Numbered from the stretch's first letter, positions 1 through 9,377 are shown. The stretch is DNA of 64,000 bases from Candidatus Liptonbacteria bacterium (GCA_016204385.1 JACQKW010000015.1:98155-162154), one strand, 5' to 3'. Numbers and translations are program-made. The notes: generated from the sequence alone by a model not told the origin.

Positions 1-433
1 GCGCATGCTTCGAAAACGCCGCCTCCATTTTTACATAGTCAATTTCGTTGTACACATCGCCGTAGATTACAAAAAAATTGTCTTTGAGATAGCCCGCTCC
101 GCCAGAGGCGGATCCGCCTTCGGCGGAGAAATTTTTCATTCCCCCTGCCGTGCCTCGGATTTCGGGCTCTTCGAGCACGTAGGTGATCTTCACGTCCCAT
201 TTGGAGCCATTACCAAAATAGCCGCGAATTTTCTCGGGGAGATAGAAGAGATTAATAAAAAACTCTTTGACGCCGTGCGCTTTGAGGCGTTCGATTTGCC
301 ACTCCAAAATCGGTTTCCCCAAAAGCGGCACCATCACTTTCGGGATAGCGTCGCCGGTTATTTCTTTAAGCCGCGTACCGAGCCCCGCGGAGAGGATTAC
401 GGCCTGACTTATGGCTGACGACTTATGACTCAT
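1..433 (-). CDS. Sugar-phosphate nucleotidyltransferase (HddC-like heptose-1-P guanylyltransferase), runs off the window edge
   Basis: My translation from ATG 433: MSHKSSAISQAVILSAGLGTRLKEITGDAIPKVMVPLLGKPILEW...YGD. This has the GxGTRL...PK NTP-transferase motif; the gene follows gmhA/hddA/gmhB. Not in the ORF track because it is truncated. Confidence 0.85.
   Translation of the reverse strand, partial: MSHKSSAISQAVILSAGLGTRLKEITGDAIPKVMVPLLGKPILEWQIERLKAHGVKEFFINLFYLPEKIRGYFGNGSKWDVKITYVLEEPEIRGTAGGMKNFSAEGGSASGGAGYLKDNFFVIYGDVYNEIDYVKMEAAFSKHA
98..127. repeat. 30-nt double-hairpin palindromic element inserted in frame (SAEGGSASGG)
   Basis: TCCGCCAGAGGCGGA-TCCGCCTTCGGCGGA: two 15-nt hairpins totalling exactly 10 codons. 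Confidence 0.8.
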
Positions 434-977
434 GACTGATAATCTTTACCGCGTTTAACAAGTTTTTCCCGACAAAATTCGGTTTCACGTGCGCAAATTG
501 AGGGTCATTACTCCTCACGCTCGATTTCACAAAAATCGTCTTCAACCCCGCCGCTTTCCCTGCCATAATATCCCACGCGTGGTCGCCCACCATAAAACTG
601 CCTCTACGGGAAATGCCAAATTTTTTCATCGCCTTCAGAATCATCCCCGGCTTCGGCTTCCGGCAGGAGCAATTCTTGCGATACTTTTTAAGATTCGCAT
701 TCGGATGGTGCGGGCAGTAGTAGATTGCGTCAATTTTTGCTCCTTGTTTCGCCAGTCGCTTTATGAGCACATCATGAATGTGCTCAACCTGTTTTTCGGT
801 GAGCCACCCCCGCGCGATGACCGGCTGATTTGTGACAATTATCGTTAAAAATCCAAGCTTATTGATTTGCTTTATGGCTTTCGCCACGCCCGGAAGAATT
901 TTAAGCTGCGAGAGACGGCGCAAGACATCAACCTCTTTGTTGATAACACCGTCCCGATCGAGAAAAACCGCGCGCAT
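423..977 (-). CDS. gmhB: D-glycero-D-manno-heptose 1,7-bisphosphate phosphatase (HAD)
   Basis: FLDRDGVIN, TNQ, CPHHP...CSCRKP and GD motifs. Confidence 0.92.
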   Translation of the reverse strand: MRAVFLDRDGVINKEVDVLRRLSQLKILPGVAKAIKQINKLGFLTIIVTNQPVIARGWLTEKQVEHIHDVLIKRLAKQGAKIDAIYYCPHHPNANLKKYRKNCSCRKPKPGMILKAMKKFGISRRGSFMVGDHAWDIMAGKAAGLKTIFVKSSVRSNDPQFAHVKPNFVGKNLLNAVKIISHES

Positions 978-979
978 TT

Positions 980-1582
980 TTACGCTGAATGATCGGCTAA
1001 GTGGTTAAAGTAATCTTTAAAATACTTGATCATCATGTGAAGAATCACGCCGTGGATGCCTTCGACGAGGAAATAGTTCCCCGTTTCCGCCGGGACGTAG
1101 ATCTTGGCGTCCGCGAGTTGGTTCAATTTGTTCCCCGCGTCGAAACCGGACACGCCGATCACGGGCACGTGTCGGGCTTTCGCAAGTTCCACCGCTTTAA
1201 TCACGTTCGACGAATTGCCGGAGCTTGAGATCGCGATAATCGCGTCCGAATCCTGGAGGTAATTCTGGAGCGGCCCCGCAAAAATCATATCAAACCCGAT
1301 GTCGTTCGCCCACGCGGTAATCTCTGATTCGGTCGAGGGCAAGCGGATTGCCTGAAAACGCCGGTGGTGCTTGTCAAGATTGCTGTCGAAAACCGTTTTG
1401 TTGAAATCCGCCACCCAGTGCGTTGCGATTGCCATCGAACCGCCGTTTCCGAACACGTAAATTCTCCCGTCGCGCTCGTACGCGGCCTGGAGAATATTCA
1501 ATGCCTTCGCGATTTCCTCATCGGGGAGGTTGCGGAGCGCTTCTTCGGCTTTTGCTGAAAAGTTTCGTATGTATTGCTTCAT
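980..1582 (-). CDS. gmhA: Sedoheptulose-7-phosphate isomerase (SIS domain)
   Basis: GNGGS, AND, ISSSGNSSN motifs; operon context. Confidence 0.88.
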   Translation of the reverse strand: MKQYIRNFSAKAEEALRNLPDEEIAKALNILQAAYERDGRIYVFGNGGSMAIATHWVADFNKTVFDSNLDKHHRRFQAIRLPSTESEITAWANDIGFDMIFAGPLQNYLQDSDAIIAISSSGNSSNVIKAVELAKARHVPVIGVSGFDAGNKLNQLADAKIYVPAETGNYFLVEGIHGVILHMMIKYFKDYFNHLADHSA

Positions 1583-1587
1583 ATTGC

Positions 1588-2616
1588 TTATACAAACGAT
1601 CTATTGTGATAATCTCCGTTATAGAGAACCTCGGTGCCGCACTGGACAAACTTTACCGGCAACTCGCGGAAATCGGCAAGGTTTTTTTCTTGCGCGACGC
1701 GCCGGACGGCTTCACGGATCTCATTCTTCTTCTCGGGCGGCGCGAGAAAGAGCACGCAACCGCCGCCGCCCGCGCCCAGGACCTTCCCTCCCCATGCGCC
1801 GTGATCCATTCCTGCGGCATAGAAATCGTCGATAAGCGAATTTGAGACATTTGATGCCAAGCTCTTTTTTTTGAGCCACCCTTGGTGGAGCATCCCGCCA
1901 AGGCCCTTATAGTCCGCGGAGAGCAAACGAGTCGAGAATTCATGGACGGAGGCAGCCATCTCTTTGAGCGTCTCAAACTTCTTGTCAATATTTGATTTCT
2001 GTTCGGTTAAAATGGAGGATGCCGCCCTCGTAATGCCGGTAAAGAACAAGAGAAGATGGTTCTCGAGGCCGAGACGCTTCTTGTAATCGAGGAGTACCGG
2101 ACGCACCTCCACGGATTCATCGGGATTGAACTGTATGATATTAAACCCGCCAAATGAGGCGGCGTATTGGTCTTGTTTTCCAATCGGCTCGCGAACAAGT
2201 TCGATCTCAAGGCGCGAAGCCGCCTCCGCCGCCTCCTGCTGATTGATTTTTTTCCCCTGATACGCATGAAGCCCCTTCATGAGGGCGACCGAAAAACTGG
2301 AGGACGAGCCGAGGCCGGTCTTTGCGGGCAAGGTCGCAAATGAGCCGATCTCGATATTTTTGTGGATCCCGAGATCGAGAAGCGCTGCTTTAATCCGTGT
2401 GTGTTCAAGCTCGCTCGGGTGCGCCGCGGTTTCCGACTTTGAATACCGCGCAGATACTTTATCAATAAGCGGCGTCCTGTTTATGACCACATATACATAT
2501 TTATCGATCGTGGTCGAAATGACCCTTCCGGGAGAGCGGCGATAAAAATCTGCGAGGTCGGTTCCCCCGCCCACGAAACTTATTCTTAATGGTGCGCGTA
2601 CGACAATCACCAACAT
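1588..2616 (-). CDS. hddA: D-glycero-alpha-D-manno-heptose-7-phosphate kinase (GHMP)
   Basis: APLRISFVGGGTD, GLGSSS, GKQDQY and GAGGGG motifs; start trimmed to ATG 2616. Confidence 0.9.
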   Translation of the reverse strand: MLVIVVRAPLRISFVGGGTDLADFYRRSPGRVISTTIDKYVYVVINRTPLIDKVSARYSKSETAAHPSELEHTRIKAALLDLGIHKNIEIGSFATLPAKTGLGSSSSFSVALMKGLHAYQGKKINQQEAAEAASRLEIELVREPIGKQDQYAASFGGFNIIQFNPDESVEVRPVLLDYKKRLGLENHLLLFFTGITRAASSILTEQKSNIDKKFETLKEMAASVHEFSTRLLSADYKGLGGMLHQGWLKKKSLASNVSNSLIDDFYAAGMDHGAWGGKVLGAGGGGCVLFLAPPEKKNEIREAVRRVAQEKNLADFRELPVKFVQCGTEVLYNGDYHNRSFV

Positions 2617-2670
2617 ACGATAAAACAAGGAGAGGCAACGTGTCAAAGCGTGCTACAATAGACATATACG

Positions 2671-3933
2671 ATGACCATCCCCGCACGCTTTTCACAAAAA
2701 ATACTCCTCGCGGGAAAAATACTGTTCCTGCTCGGCGTCGCGTTTCTTATCATCCGGAAAAACACGTACCCGTGGCCGCTCAAACGGGCGAGCGACGTTT
2801 TTTTTCTGCTCTCCGCCCTCTCGGCGCTCTCATACGCCGCACTCCGAAGAGAATGGAATCTATTCGTACGTGCCGCCGAAAGGGTGCGGGTTGGGCTCGC
2901 GCTTATATTCTCGGGGCTCTTCCTTGCCTCACTCGCCGGTTATTTCATTCAGGATGTCTCCCTTGGCACAGAAGGGTGGCTTTCACTCGGAAGATTCACC
3001 GAAGTCGCAGTGATTCTTCTTCTCGTGGGATTCTTCCAGTCGCAGGATGCAAACTTTTTTAAAAAAATAGCCATCGCACAGCTCTCGACGCTCGCATATC
3101 TCGGCGCACTTCTTATCCCGAACGATCTCGACATTCACCTGTACCGTTTCGAACTCTTCGAAAACTGGCCGTCGAACGTCGCGTACTACCTTCTCGTGAG
3201 TTTGAGTTTGTTCATCGTCTTCGCGCTTCAGCGCCTCAAGCCGCTCCAATGGAAGTTTTTGCTTTTCTACGTGCCCGCGGCGGGCCTCTTCGCTATTTTT
3301 CTCTGGGCGCAATCCCGCGCAAGCTGGATCGGTTTTGTAATCGCAACGCTCTTGATCCTCGGTATCTGGAGCATAAAGGCGGGCGGGGGCATGCTCCCGC
3401 GCTTTCTTTTCGGAGGCCTTCTCTCCGTCTCGCTCGTAATCACGGGGTTTTTGATACTGCCATCTCTGCCCCGAGGCGAGGTGATTATAAGGTTTTCTCC
3501 TTCTCCCCAAATGCCGGTGCAAACGGATGGACTCCCCCTTGTCCAAAAATCCCCTTCTCCATCGCCCGCGTTCGGCTTCTACGAACCATCACGGCCATAC
3601 CTGTGGAACGCGTATACAGAAAAAATCGCGGATCAGCCCCTTGGTTTCGGATTGAACTACGCGCCCATATGGTACGAAGGGAGCGCGCGCGGCCCCCATA
3701 ACACCATACTTGAACTCATCGTGCTCGGCGGCTATGTCACGCTCGCCGGTTTTCTGTATCTCCTCTACCGCGGATTCGGCAACGTCGCCGCAAAATTGAA
3801 AGAATCACGCGATACCGCGTGGCCGCTCTATGTCTTTGCATCGCTCACCGCACTCGTGGTCGTCTCTCTCTTCGACAACATGAGCACATTCCGGCTTCTG
3901 TGGATCGTCCTCGGCATGGCAATATATCTCTAA
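2671..3933 (+). CDS. O-antigen ligase/polymerase family membrane protein
   Basis: Multiple TM helices, SRASW, PLGFG and GPHN..LE..LGG (Wzy_C-type) motifs. Confidence 0.8.
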   Translation: MTIPARFSQKILLAGKILFLLGVAFLIIRKNTYPWPLKRASDVFFLLSALSALSYAALRREWNLFVRAAERVRVGLALIFSGLFLASLAGYFIQDVSLGTEGWLSLGRFTEVAVILLLVGFFQSQDANFFKKIAIAQLSTLAYLGALLIPNDLDIHLYRFELFENWPSNVAYYLLVSLSLFIVFALQRLKPLQWKFLLFYVPAAGLFAIFLWAQSRASWIGFVIATLLILGIWSIKAGGGMLPRFLFGGLLSVSLVITGFLILPSLPRGEVIIRFSPSPQMPVQTDGLPLVQKSPSPSPAFGFYEPSRPYLWNAYTEKIADQPLGFGLNYAPIWYEGSARGPHNTILELIVLGGYVTLAGFLYLLYRGFGNVAAKLKESRDTAWPLYVFASLTALVVVSLFDNMSTFRLLWIVLGMAIYL

Positions 3934-3941
3934 AATTCACC

Positions 3942-3979
3942 TTTACCTCACGTCAGACGATCGTTCGACATGAAGTAAA
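3942..3979. repeat. Imperfect 38-nt palindrome between convergent genes
   Basis: TTTACCTCACGTC...GACATGAAGTAAA arms centred on ACGATCGT. Confidence 0.5.
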
Positions 3980-4028
3980 TTTAAACCAGTGAGCACGTTG
4001 TTCGCCACGGAGTTTTACAGTCGGCATG

Positions 4029-5135
4029 TTACGCGATCCCCTTCTTGAGCGCGGTAAGCCCGCGACGATCAACCCTCTTGTCAAATCCCTCCTCCGTAAA
4101 CCACCGAACATAGTCGCGGATTGCTTCCGCAGAAGCGTGCTGCGGCCTCCATCCGAGACGCTTTAATTTTGAGATGTCGGAGACCGCATGCCGCGTGTCT
4201 GTCCTCCGGAATGCTCCAATTGCAATGGGCGATGGGGAAGCGGTGATTTTCTTCACTAACTTTGCAAAATCTAATACCCGGTATGCGCTTCCTCCTCCGA
4301 CGTTGAAAATTCCGAAATCGGTTTTCCGGTTCGTGAGCGCCAAAAGGTTCGCGCGCACCACGTCGCGGATATTCACAAAATCCCGCGTCTGCATGCCGTC
4401 TTCATACACCGTGATCGGCACCTTCGCGAGCGCCTGGCTTACAAAAATGCGGAGCGCACCGGAATAAAGATTTCTCGGCGACTGGCGGGGGCCCTGCACG
4501 ATCGAGTAGCGGAACGCGGTCGTCGGAATCCCGTACGTTTTCCCGAGACGCATTGCACAATTCTCAAGCGCCTGCTTGGAAAGGCCGTAGGAATTCGTCG
4601 GCATCACGTCCTGATCTTCGCGGAATGGAATGGAACGCGCAGGTCTTCCGTGCGGGCAAAGAATATCCCATTTCTTCCGCTTGAGTTCTATAAGGGCCCG
4701 CAGTTCAGGATAAAACATCGATTCCGAATGCGCGCAGCGGTATACCCCATCGCCGTAGACAAATTGGGAGCTTGCAAGCACCACTTTTTTGACGGGAAAA
4801 CGCCGTTCAACGATTGTCTCATACAGAAGCGCGGTTGAAACCGTGTTCGTGGTAAAAAATGTGCTGAAATCGAGCCGCTGGTCCTGATATGCCGCGAGAT
4901 GATAGACGCAGGACGCGCCGCGGAGCGCTTTTTCCCACATTTTCTTCTCGCGCACGTCGCCCCGAATAAGCTCGAAGCCCTTCTGCAGAACGTAGTTCGG
5001 CCACCGCCCCGTATGCACCGGCGGCGAGAGGTTGTCCAGGATTTTTACCTTATATCCTTTTTTTGCGAGGGCGTCTGCGGTGTGCGACCCAATGAATCCG
5101 GCGCCCCCCGTCACCAGTGCGTATCGCTTCTTCAT
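4029..5135 (-). CDS. NAD-dependent sugar epimerase/dehydratase with Cys/His insertion
   Basis: TGGAGFIG and YGLSK motifs; CAH...CPHG insert. Confidence 0.88.
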   Translation of the reverse strand: MKKRYALVTGGAGFIGSHTADALAKKGYKVKILDNLSPPVHTGRWPNYVLQKGFELIRGDVREKKMWEKALRGASCVYHLAAYQDQRLDFSTFFTTNTVSTALLYETIVERRFPVKKVVLASSQFVYGDGVYRCAHSESMFYPELRALIELKRKKWDILCPHGRPARSIPFREDQDVMPTNSYGLSKQALENCAMRLGKTYGIPTTAFRYSIVQGPRQSPRNLYSGALRIFVSQALAKVPITVYEDGMQTRDFVNIRDVVRANLLALTNRKTDFGIFNVGGGSAYRVLDFAKLVKKITASPSPIAIGAFRRTDTRHAVSDISKLKRLGWRPQHASAEAIRDYVRWFTEEGFDKRVDRRGLTALKKGIA

Positions 5136-5171
5136 ATTTCGGTGTCACACCACATTGTAGCCGAGAAACGC

Positions 5172-6131
5172 CTATCCTCCAAGCAGGCGGCGCTGCTTCG
5201 ATGCCCAAAGGGATTGGATCGCTGCGCTCACAAAAGAGATCGGAAGAATCCGCACGAGGGACACAAGAAGCCGGCAGAGCACAGACAATGGAAATTTCTC
5301 CCACGCCTGCCGGAGGGTTCCTTCGAACTCTTCCCTTCGTCCCGCCACAAGGTACGCCACGGCAAGTTTGAGCCGTGTGTTCCGCATGACTTGTTCTGCT
5401 CCATACTTCCTTCGTTCCTCATCTGACATTTCCGAAAAAATCCGCTCAAGACTTCTCACGTTCGAACGCTTCATGCGGTACTGATTCTCAAACCGCGAGT
5501 GGCTCCCTTTCCGCAGACGGTTGTAATGAAGCTCTTCGGGAATGAAACCGAACCGCACGCCGCGCCTCGCCATGCGGAGCCACAAGTCCCAATCCTCCGC
5601 GTCGCGGAAACCGGGATCAAACCCCCCGGCCGCGGCAAACACCTCCCGCCGCATCATGAGCACATTCGGATTTATAAGATTCCACCGGAGGAGCGGCGCG
5701 AAAATATCCCCCGAGAAGCGCGCCCTCCGGTAGTGGAGAAATTTCTCCGGTTCATCCTCGTAGAAACTTATAAAATGGCAGTACACCGCGCCGCACTCGG
5801 GGTGAGATTCAAGAAACCGCACCTCTTGTTCCGCCTTCTCGGGATGGTAATAATCATCGGGATCAAGAAACGTGATGTACTTGCCGCGCGAGAGTTCAAA
5901 AGCTTTATTCCGCGCGCGGGAAACGCCCGCGTTTTCTTGGTCGTGATACACCACTCGCGAATCTTTCCTGTACCGCCTGATTTTTTCTTCCGTTTTGTCA
6001 GTTGAGCCGTCGTTTACAATCACAAGTTCTATGTTTTTGTACGTCTGATTCAGAGCAGAATCAACCGCTTTCTCGATAAATCGTTCGGCGTTATACGCCG
6101 ACATCAAGATGGAAACAAGAGGTGGTTTCAT
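5172..6131 (-). CDS. Glycosyltransferase family 2
   Basis: SILMSAYN, NDGSTD, FLDPDD and EDWD motifs. Confidence 0.9.
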   Translation of the reverse strand: MKPPLVSILMSAYNAERFIEKAVDSALNQTYKNIELVIVNDGSTDKTEEKIRRYRKDSRVVYHDQENAGVSRARNKAFELSRGKYITFLDPDDYYHPEKAEQEVRFLESHPECGAVYCHFISFYEDEPEKFLHYRRARFSGDIFAPLLRWNLINPNVLMMRREVFAAAGGFDPGFRDAEDWDLWLRMARRGVRFGFIPEELHYNRLRKGSHSRFENQYRMKRSNVRSLERIFSEMSDEERRKYGAEQVMRNTRLKLAVAYLVAGRREEFEGTLRQAWEKFPLSVLCRLLVSLVRILPISFVSAAIQSLWASKQRRLLGG

Positions 6132-7150
6132 CGAATTGATGCGTAGAGTTTTAACATCTCTTCTGCGCGGCGGCGGTAGGTATGCTCGTGACGCGCCCTT
6201 TCAATACCCCGCGCTCGGATCTCTTCCCGTGCGCGTTCGTTCCTTAAATAATAGTCAATTTTTCGAAACCAGTCCGCATCGTCCTTCGCGATAACGATTT
6301 CTTTGCCGGGCACGAAGAATTTTTCGATCCCCGCGCAGTTATCGGTAAGCTCGAAACCCCCCGCGGCGGGAATCTTGAATTCCCGCTCGTTTGAAATATT
6401 TAAAACCCCTCCCTTCCCGTCGTCGGGATGGATATTGAGCGATATCTTTGCGGAAGAATAGAGGAATCGCTCCTCATTGACCGGCAACTGGACGCGCATC
6501 CCGTAGAGGACTTCAGCCATGCGATGCCACCGCATTTTTTTCGATGCCCGCCCAAGCGCTCCGAGCGCTTTGTCCTTCGCCGTCCATCCGGGCCCAAAGA
6601 CAATGACATGATAGTTCTTCAGAAGGGGAAAAAGCAATCTCCCGAACCTCTCTTTTTTTGTCCATAAATTTGCGCCTATAAAACAGACGTCGCATTGGTA
6701 CCGAGGAACGGGGGCGACGGGGAAATGCGTCCGGGGGTTCGCGGCAAGCGGAATGATCGTATAGCCGACCCCCGAAACTTTCTGAAATCCCTCCATGGCG
6801 GTTTCCGAATAACTCGTAAAATATGCATCCTGCCAGCCCTCCGTTCGAAGAAGCCGCTTTTTCGCTTCTGTGTCGCCGAAATCTTCCCCCAGCCGTACGA
6901 ATACTTTCCCTCCGCCGCCGCGAAAACGCCTGAGTACGCCCAAGAAATCCTGCCCGAGAAGCAATAAATCGTTTTGTGAGGTGAGAAAGAGGTTCGGCGA
7001 GGTGTTTCGCAACACCTCGCCCAAATTCTCGTGATTCTCGAACACGGATACCTCGTGTGCCAAATCAGTGAAGGCGTCGCGGAAACCCTCAAAAATCCAG
7101 CGGTCGGCCCCCAAGCCGTACCTGAACGGTATGTGATAGAGGATTCTCAT
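6128..7150 (-). CDS. CgeB-like glycosyltransferase (Glyco_trans_1_2)
   Basis: SLNIH...NEREF.IPAAGGF...EHTY..R C-terminal pattern. Confidence 0.82.
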   Translation of the reverse strand: MRILYHIPFRYGLGADRWIFEGFRDAFTDLAHEVSVFENHENLGEVLRNTSPNLFLTSQNDLLLLGQDFLGVLRRFRGGGGKVFVRLGEDFGDTEAKKRLLRTEGWQDAYFTSYSETAMEGFQKVSGVGYTIIPLAANPRTHFPVAPVPRYQCDVCFIGANLWTKKERFGRLLFPLLKNYHVIVFGPGWTAKDKALGALGRASKKMRWHRMAEVLYGMRVQLPVNEERFLYSSAKISLNIHPDDGKGGVLNISNEREFKIPAAGGFELTDNCAGIEKFFVPGKEIVIAKDDADWFRKIDYYLRNERAREEIRARGIERARHEHTYRRRAEEMLKLYASIR

Positions 7151-7167
7151 CAACATGCTGTTGCGTA

Positions 7168-8217
7168 CTATACAACACCTACGTTCTTAAAAATATCCTC
7201 GAACCGTTTCTCGTACGTATGCTCGCGGAGCGTGCGTTTGTACGCGGCATTCGCGATGCGTTCGCGCTCCCCATCGTGCGCGAGATAATGCTTTACCTTC
7301 TCCACGAGGTCGCGCGGCGACCGATAGAATGCCATCTCCTTCCCTTCCTCGTAATAACGCGGAATGTCCTCTGAAAATCCCGAGATCACGAATGCGCGGC
7401 ACCCTGCAAGCTCGAACGGCCTTGCGTGCGTATGCGGAATGCTGAAATGGAGGTACGCGCGGAGATTATTAATGAAATGGAAATCCGGGACTATACGCTG
7501 CGCGGATCGCTTGAATAAGATGCGCGCGAGCACGCGGGGAGAGAACAAGCTCGCTCGTCCCGTGAGATTCAAATTGATCTTGCTCCGCGAAAAAATGCGG
7601 AGCATTTCCTCATGCGACACCTTGCCTCCGGGCCAACCGTACCCGAAGGTTTGCACTTTGACCCCTGCGTCCTTTAGTGCATTAATAACGCCTGCGCGCT
7701 GGGGCTTCCACTGTCCCACGAAGCTTACCTCAAAGTCCTTCGGCACATCCACGGGCTTATAGAGATTCGTGTTGCACGCCCACTGGGATAAAATCACGTT
7801 CTTGCAGCCGCGTTTCCCGTACCACGCAAGCGCCTTTGAATAGGTGGTTACCGCCAAATCAAAATACGGCGGCCAGTACTTGGAATAATTCCAGAACCGC
7901 CAATAATCGTCCGCGAACCACGCTACGCTTTTTGTATTCGTTTCTTTCCTTATAAAGCGGAGAGTATCGAAGTCAAGTTCGTTCGTGTACATGAACGCGA
8001 ACAATACGTCGGGCTTTCTTTCTTTGAGCAATTGAATGAGTTCGCTATTCCACTTTTTCCTCCCCTTTTTCACGATCGGATCAAAAGGAAATTCAGTCAC
8101 GAGAATTCCCGGCATATTCTTGAGCGTGGAATAGAAATTTGTGTATTCAAAGCTCAATCCTCGATTCGGATCATAATTCTCGCGCTCGAGCCCCGTGTAG
8201 AGGATCTTTATCCCCAC
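7168..8217 (-). CDS. CgeB-like glycosyltransferase
   Basis: WFADD, SKINLN, RPFELAGC and EHTYEKR motifs. Confidence 0.82.
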   Translation of the reverse strand: MGIKILYTGLERENYDPNRGLSFEYTNFYSTLKNMPGILVTEFPFDPIVKKGRKKWNSELIQLLKERKPDVLFAFMYTNELDFDTLRFIRKETNTKSVAWFADDYWRFWNYSKYWPPYFDLAVTTYSKALAWYGKRGCKNVILSQWACNTNLYKPVDVPKDFEVSFVGQWKPQRAGVINALKDAGVKVQTFGYGWPGGKVSHEEMLRIFSRSKINLNLTGRASLFSPRVLARILFKRSAQRIVPDFHFINNLRAYLHFSIPHTHARPFELAGCRAFVISGFSEDIPRYYEEGKEMAFYRSPRDLVEKVKHYLAHDGERERIANAAYKRTLREHTYEKRFEDIFKNVGVV

Positions 8218-8356
8218 ACCTAATAAGCTTTGAGGCTTTCGGCAAGTTGCCTCATGAGCTGATTGAACGCATTCGACCTTAACTTCAAATTCTTCATGCT
8301 CCTCATACTATACACGTAGCACGTAGTAGATAGCGAAGCTTATTAGGCGTGAGGAT
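8210..8356. mobile_element. 147-bp MITE-like element with 21-bp terminal inverted repeats
   Basis: ATCCCCACACCTAATAAGCTT (8210-8230) versus AAGCTTATTAGGCGTGAGGAT (8336-8356), 2 mismatches. Confidence 0.55.
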
Positions 8357-9262
8357 TTAAAGCCATCTCTTATAGAGGGCGTGCCCGCCGCGATAGAGCG
8401 ATGTCCCGAAAAACGAGAGGATATACTGCGCATATGCAGTATAATTCGACGGCGAAACGGAAAGCGCTTTTTTTAAATACGCTCGTCCCTCCTTGAGCTC
8501 TCCCGCCCTGCAAAACTTCCCGCCGATCGCCTGGAGGTACGAACTGCGGCAACGCGGACGCGTTTTAAGAATATCCGCGAACTCCCGGCATACCTTGCGT
8601 TCCGCGTTCGCAGCATCCAAGAGGCGGTCCCCGAGGCGCGCGCCAGAGTGCGTACGAATTTTAAGAATCGCATCCGGCACAAAGTCCACCTCGAATTTTC
8701 TCATGAGACGGAGGTAAAATTCCCAGTCCTCCGAGGTCTTGAGTGCTTCATCGTACCCACCCACCGCACCAAACACGCTCTTCCGAATCAGTGGATTTGA
8801 CGCGGAACCGGTGAGCGGATCCCGTTCGCAAAGATACGCTTCAAGCACCGATCCGCGGAGTTTTGGCCGAAATGTTTCATACGTTTTTCCGTCACGCACG
8901 CGGCGGAAACCGCCATAGATCATTCCTACCCGTTCTGAAGATTTTCCGAAAAGCGCGAGTTGCTTTTCGAGTTTCTCGGGAAGCCACTCGTCGTCATCGT
9001 CCAAAAAGCCGACAAATTCGCCCTTCGCCTCGCGCACTCCCCGGTTGCGCGCCTCCGAAATCCCGATTCGCCCGTGGTTCACATAGCGAATTCTTTTGTC
9101 GCCGAAACTCCTGACAACTTCTTCGGTATCATCGGTGGAACCGTTGTCGAGCACGAGAAGCTCGAAATCCTTGACTGTCTGCGCAAGCACGCTCGCAATC
9201 GCAGATTTGAGCATGAGAGAGCGATTCCATGTGGTGATGACCGCAGAAATTTTCGGTTTCAT
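8357..9262 (-). CDS. Glycosyltransferase family 2
   Basis: ITTWNR, DNGSTD, FLDDDD and EDWE motifs; start trimmed to ATG 9262. Confidence 0.9.
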   Translation of the reverse strand: MKPKISAVITTWNRSLMLKSAIASVLAQTVKDFELLVLDNGSTDDTEEVVRSFGDKRIRYVNHGRIGISEARNRGVREAKGEFVGFLDDDDEWLPEKLEKQLALFGKSSERVGMIYGGFRRVRDGKTYETFRPKLRGSVLEAYLCERDPLTGSASNPLIRKSVFGAVGGYDEALKTSEDWEFYLRLMRKFEVDFVPDAILKIRTHSGARLGDRLLDAANAERKVCREFADILKTRPRCRSSYLQAIGGKFCRAGELKEGRAYLKKALSVSPSNYTAYAQYILSFFGTSLYRGGHALYKRWL

Positions 9263-9269
9263 ACACGAT

Positions 9270-9377
9270 ACGTAAAGTGTAATGGGTAAAGCGTAAAACG
9301 CAAAGCGCAATGCGCAAAAGTTTTTCTGCGGACACTGCGCATTACGCGTACCCCTTACGATGCCTTACTCATTTCAT
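9270..9377. repeat. Inverted pair of 7-nt-period repeat arrays
   Basis: ACGTAAA GTGTAAT GGGTAAA GCGTAAA ACGCAAA GCGCAAT GCGCAAA, then a degenerate complementary arm (ACTGCGC ATTACGC ... CTTACGA ... CTTACTC). Confidence 0.7.

Noticed and set aside
5-418. 137-aa plus-strand ORF
   Set aside because: Antisense shadow of the minus-strand nucleotidyltransferase, which has clear motifs.
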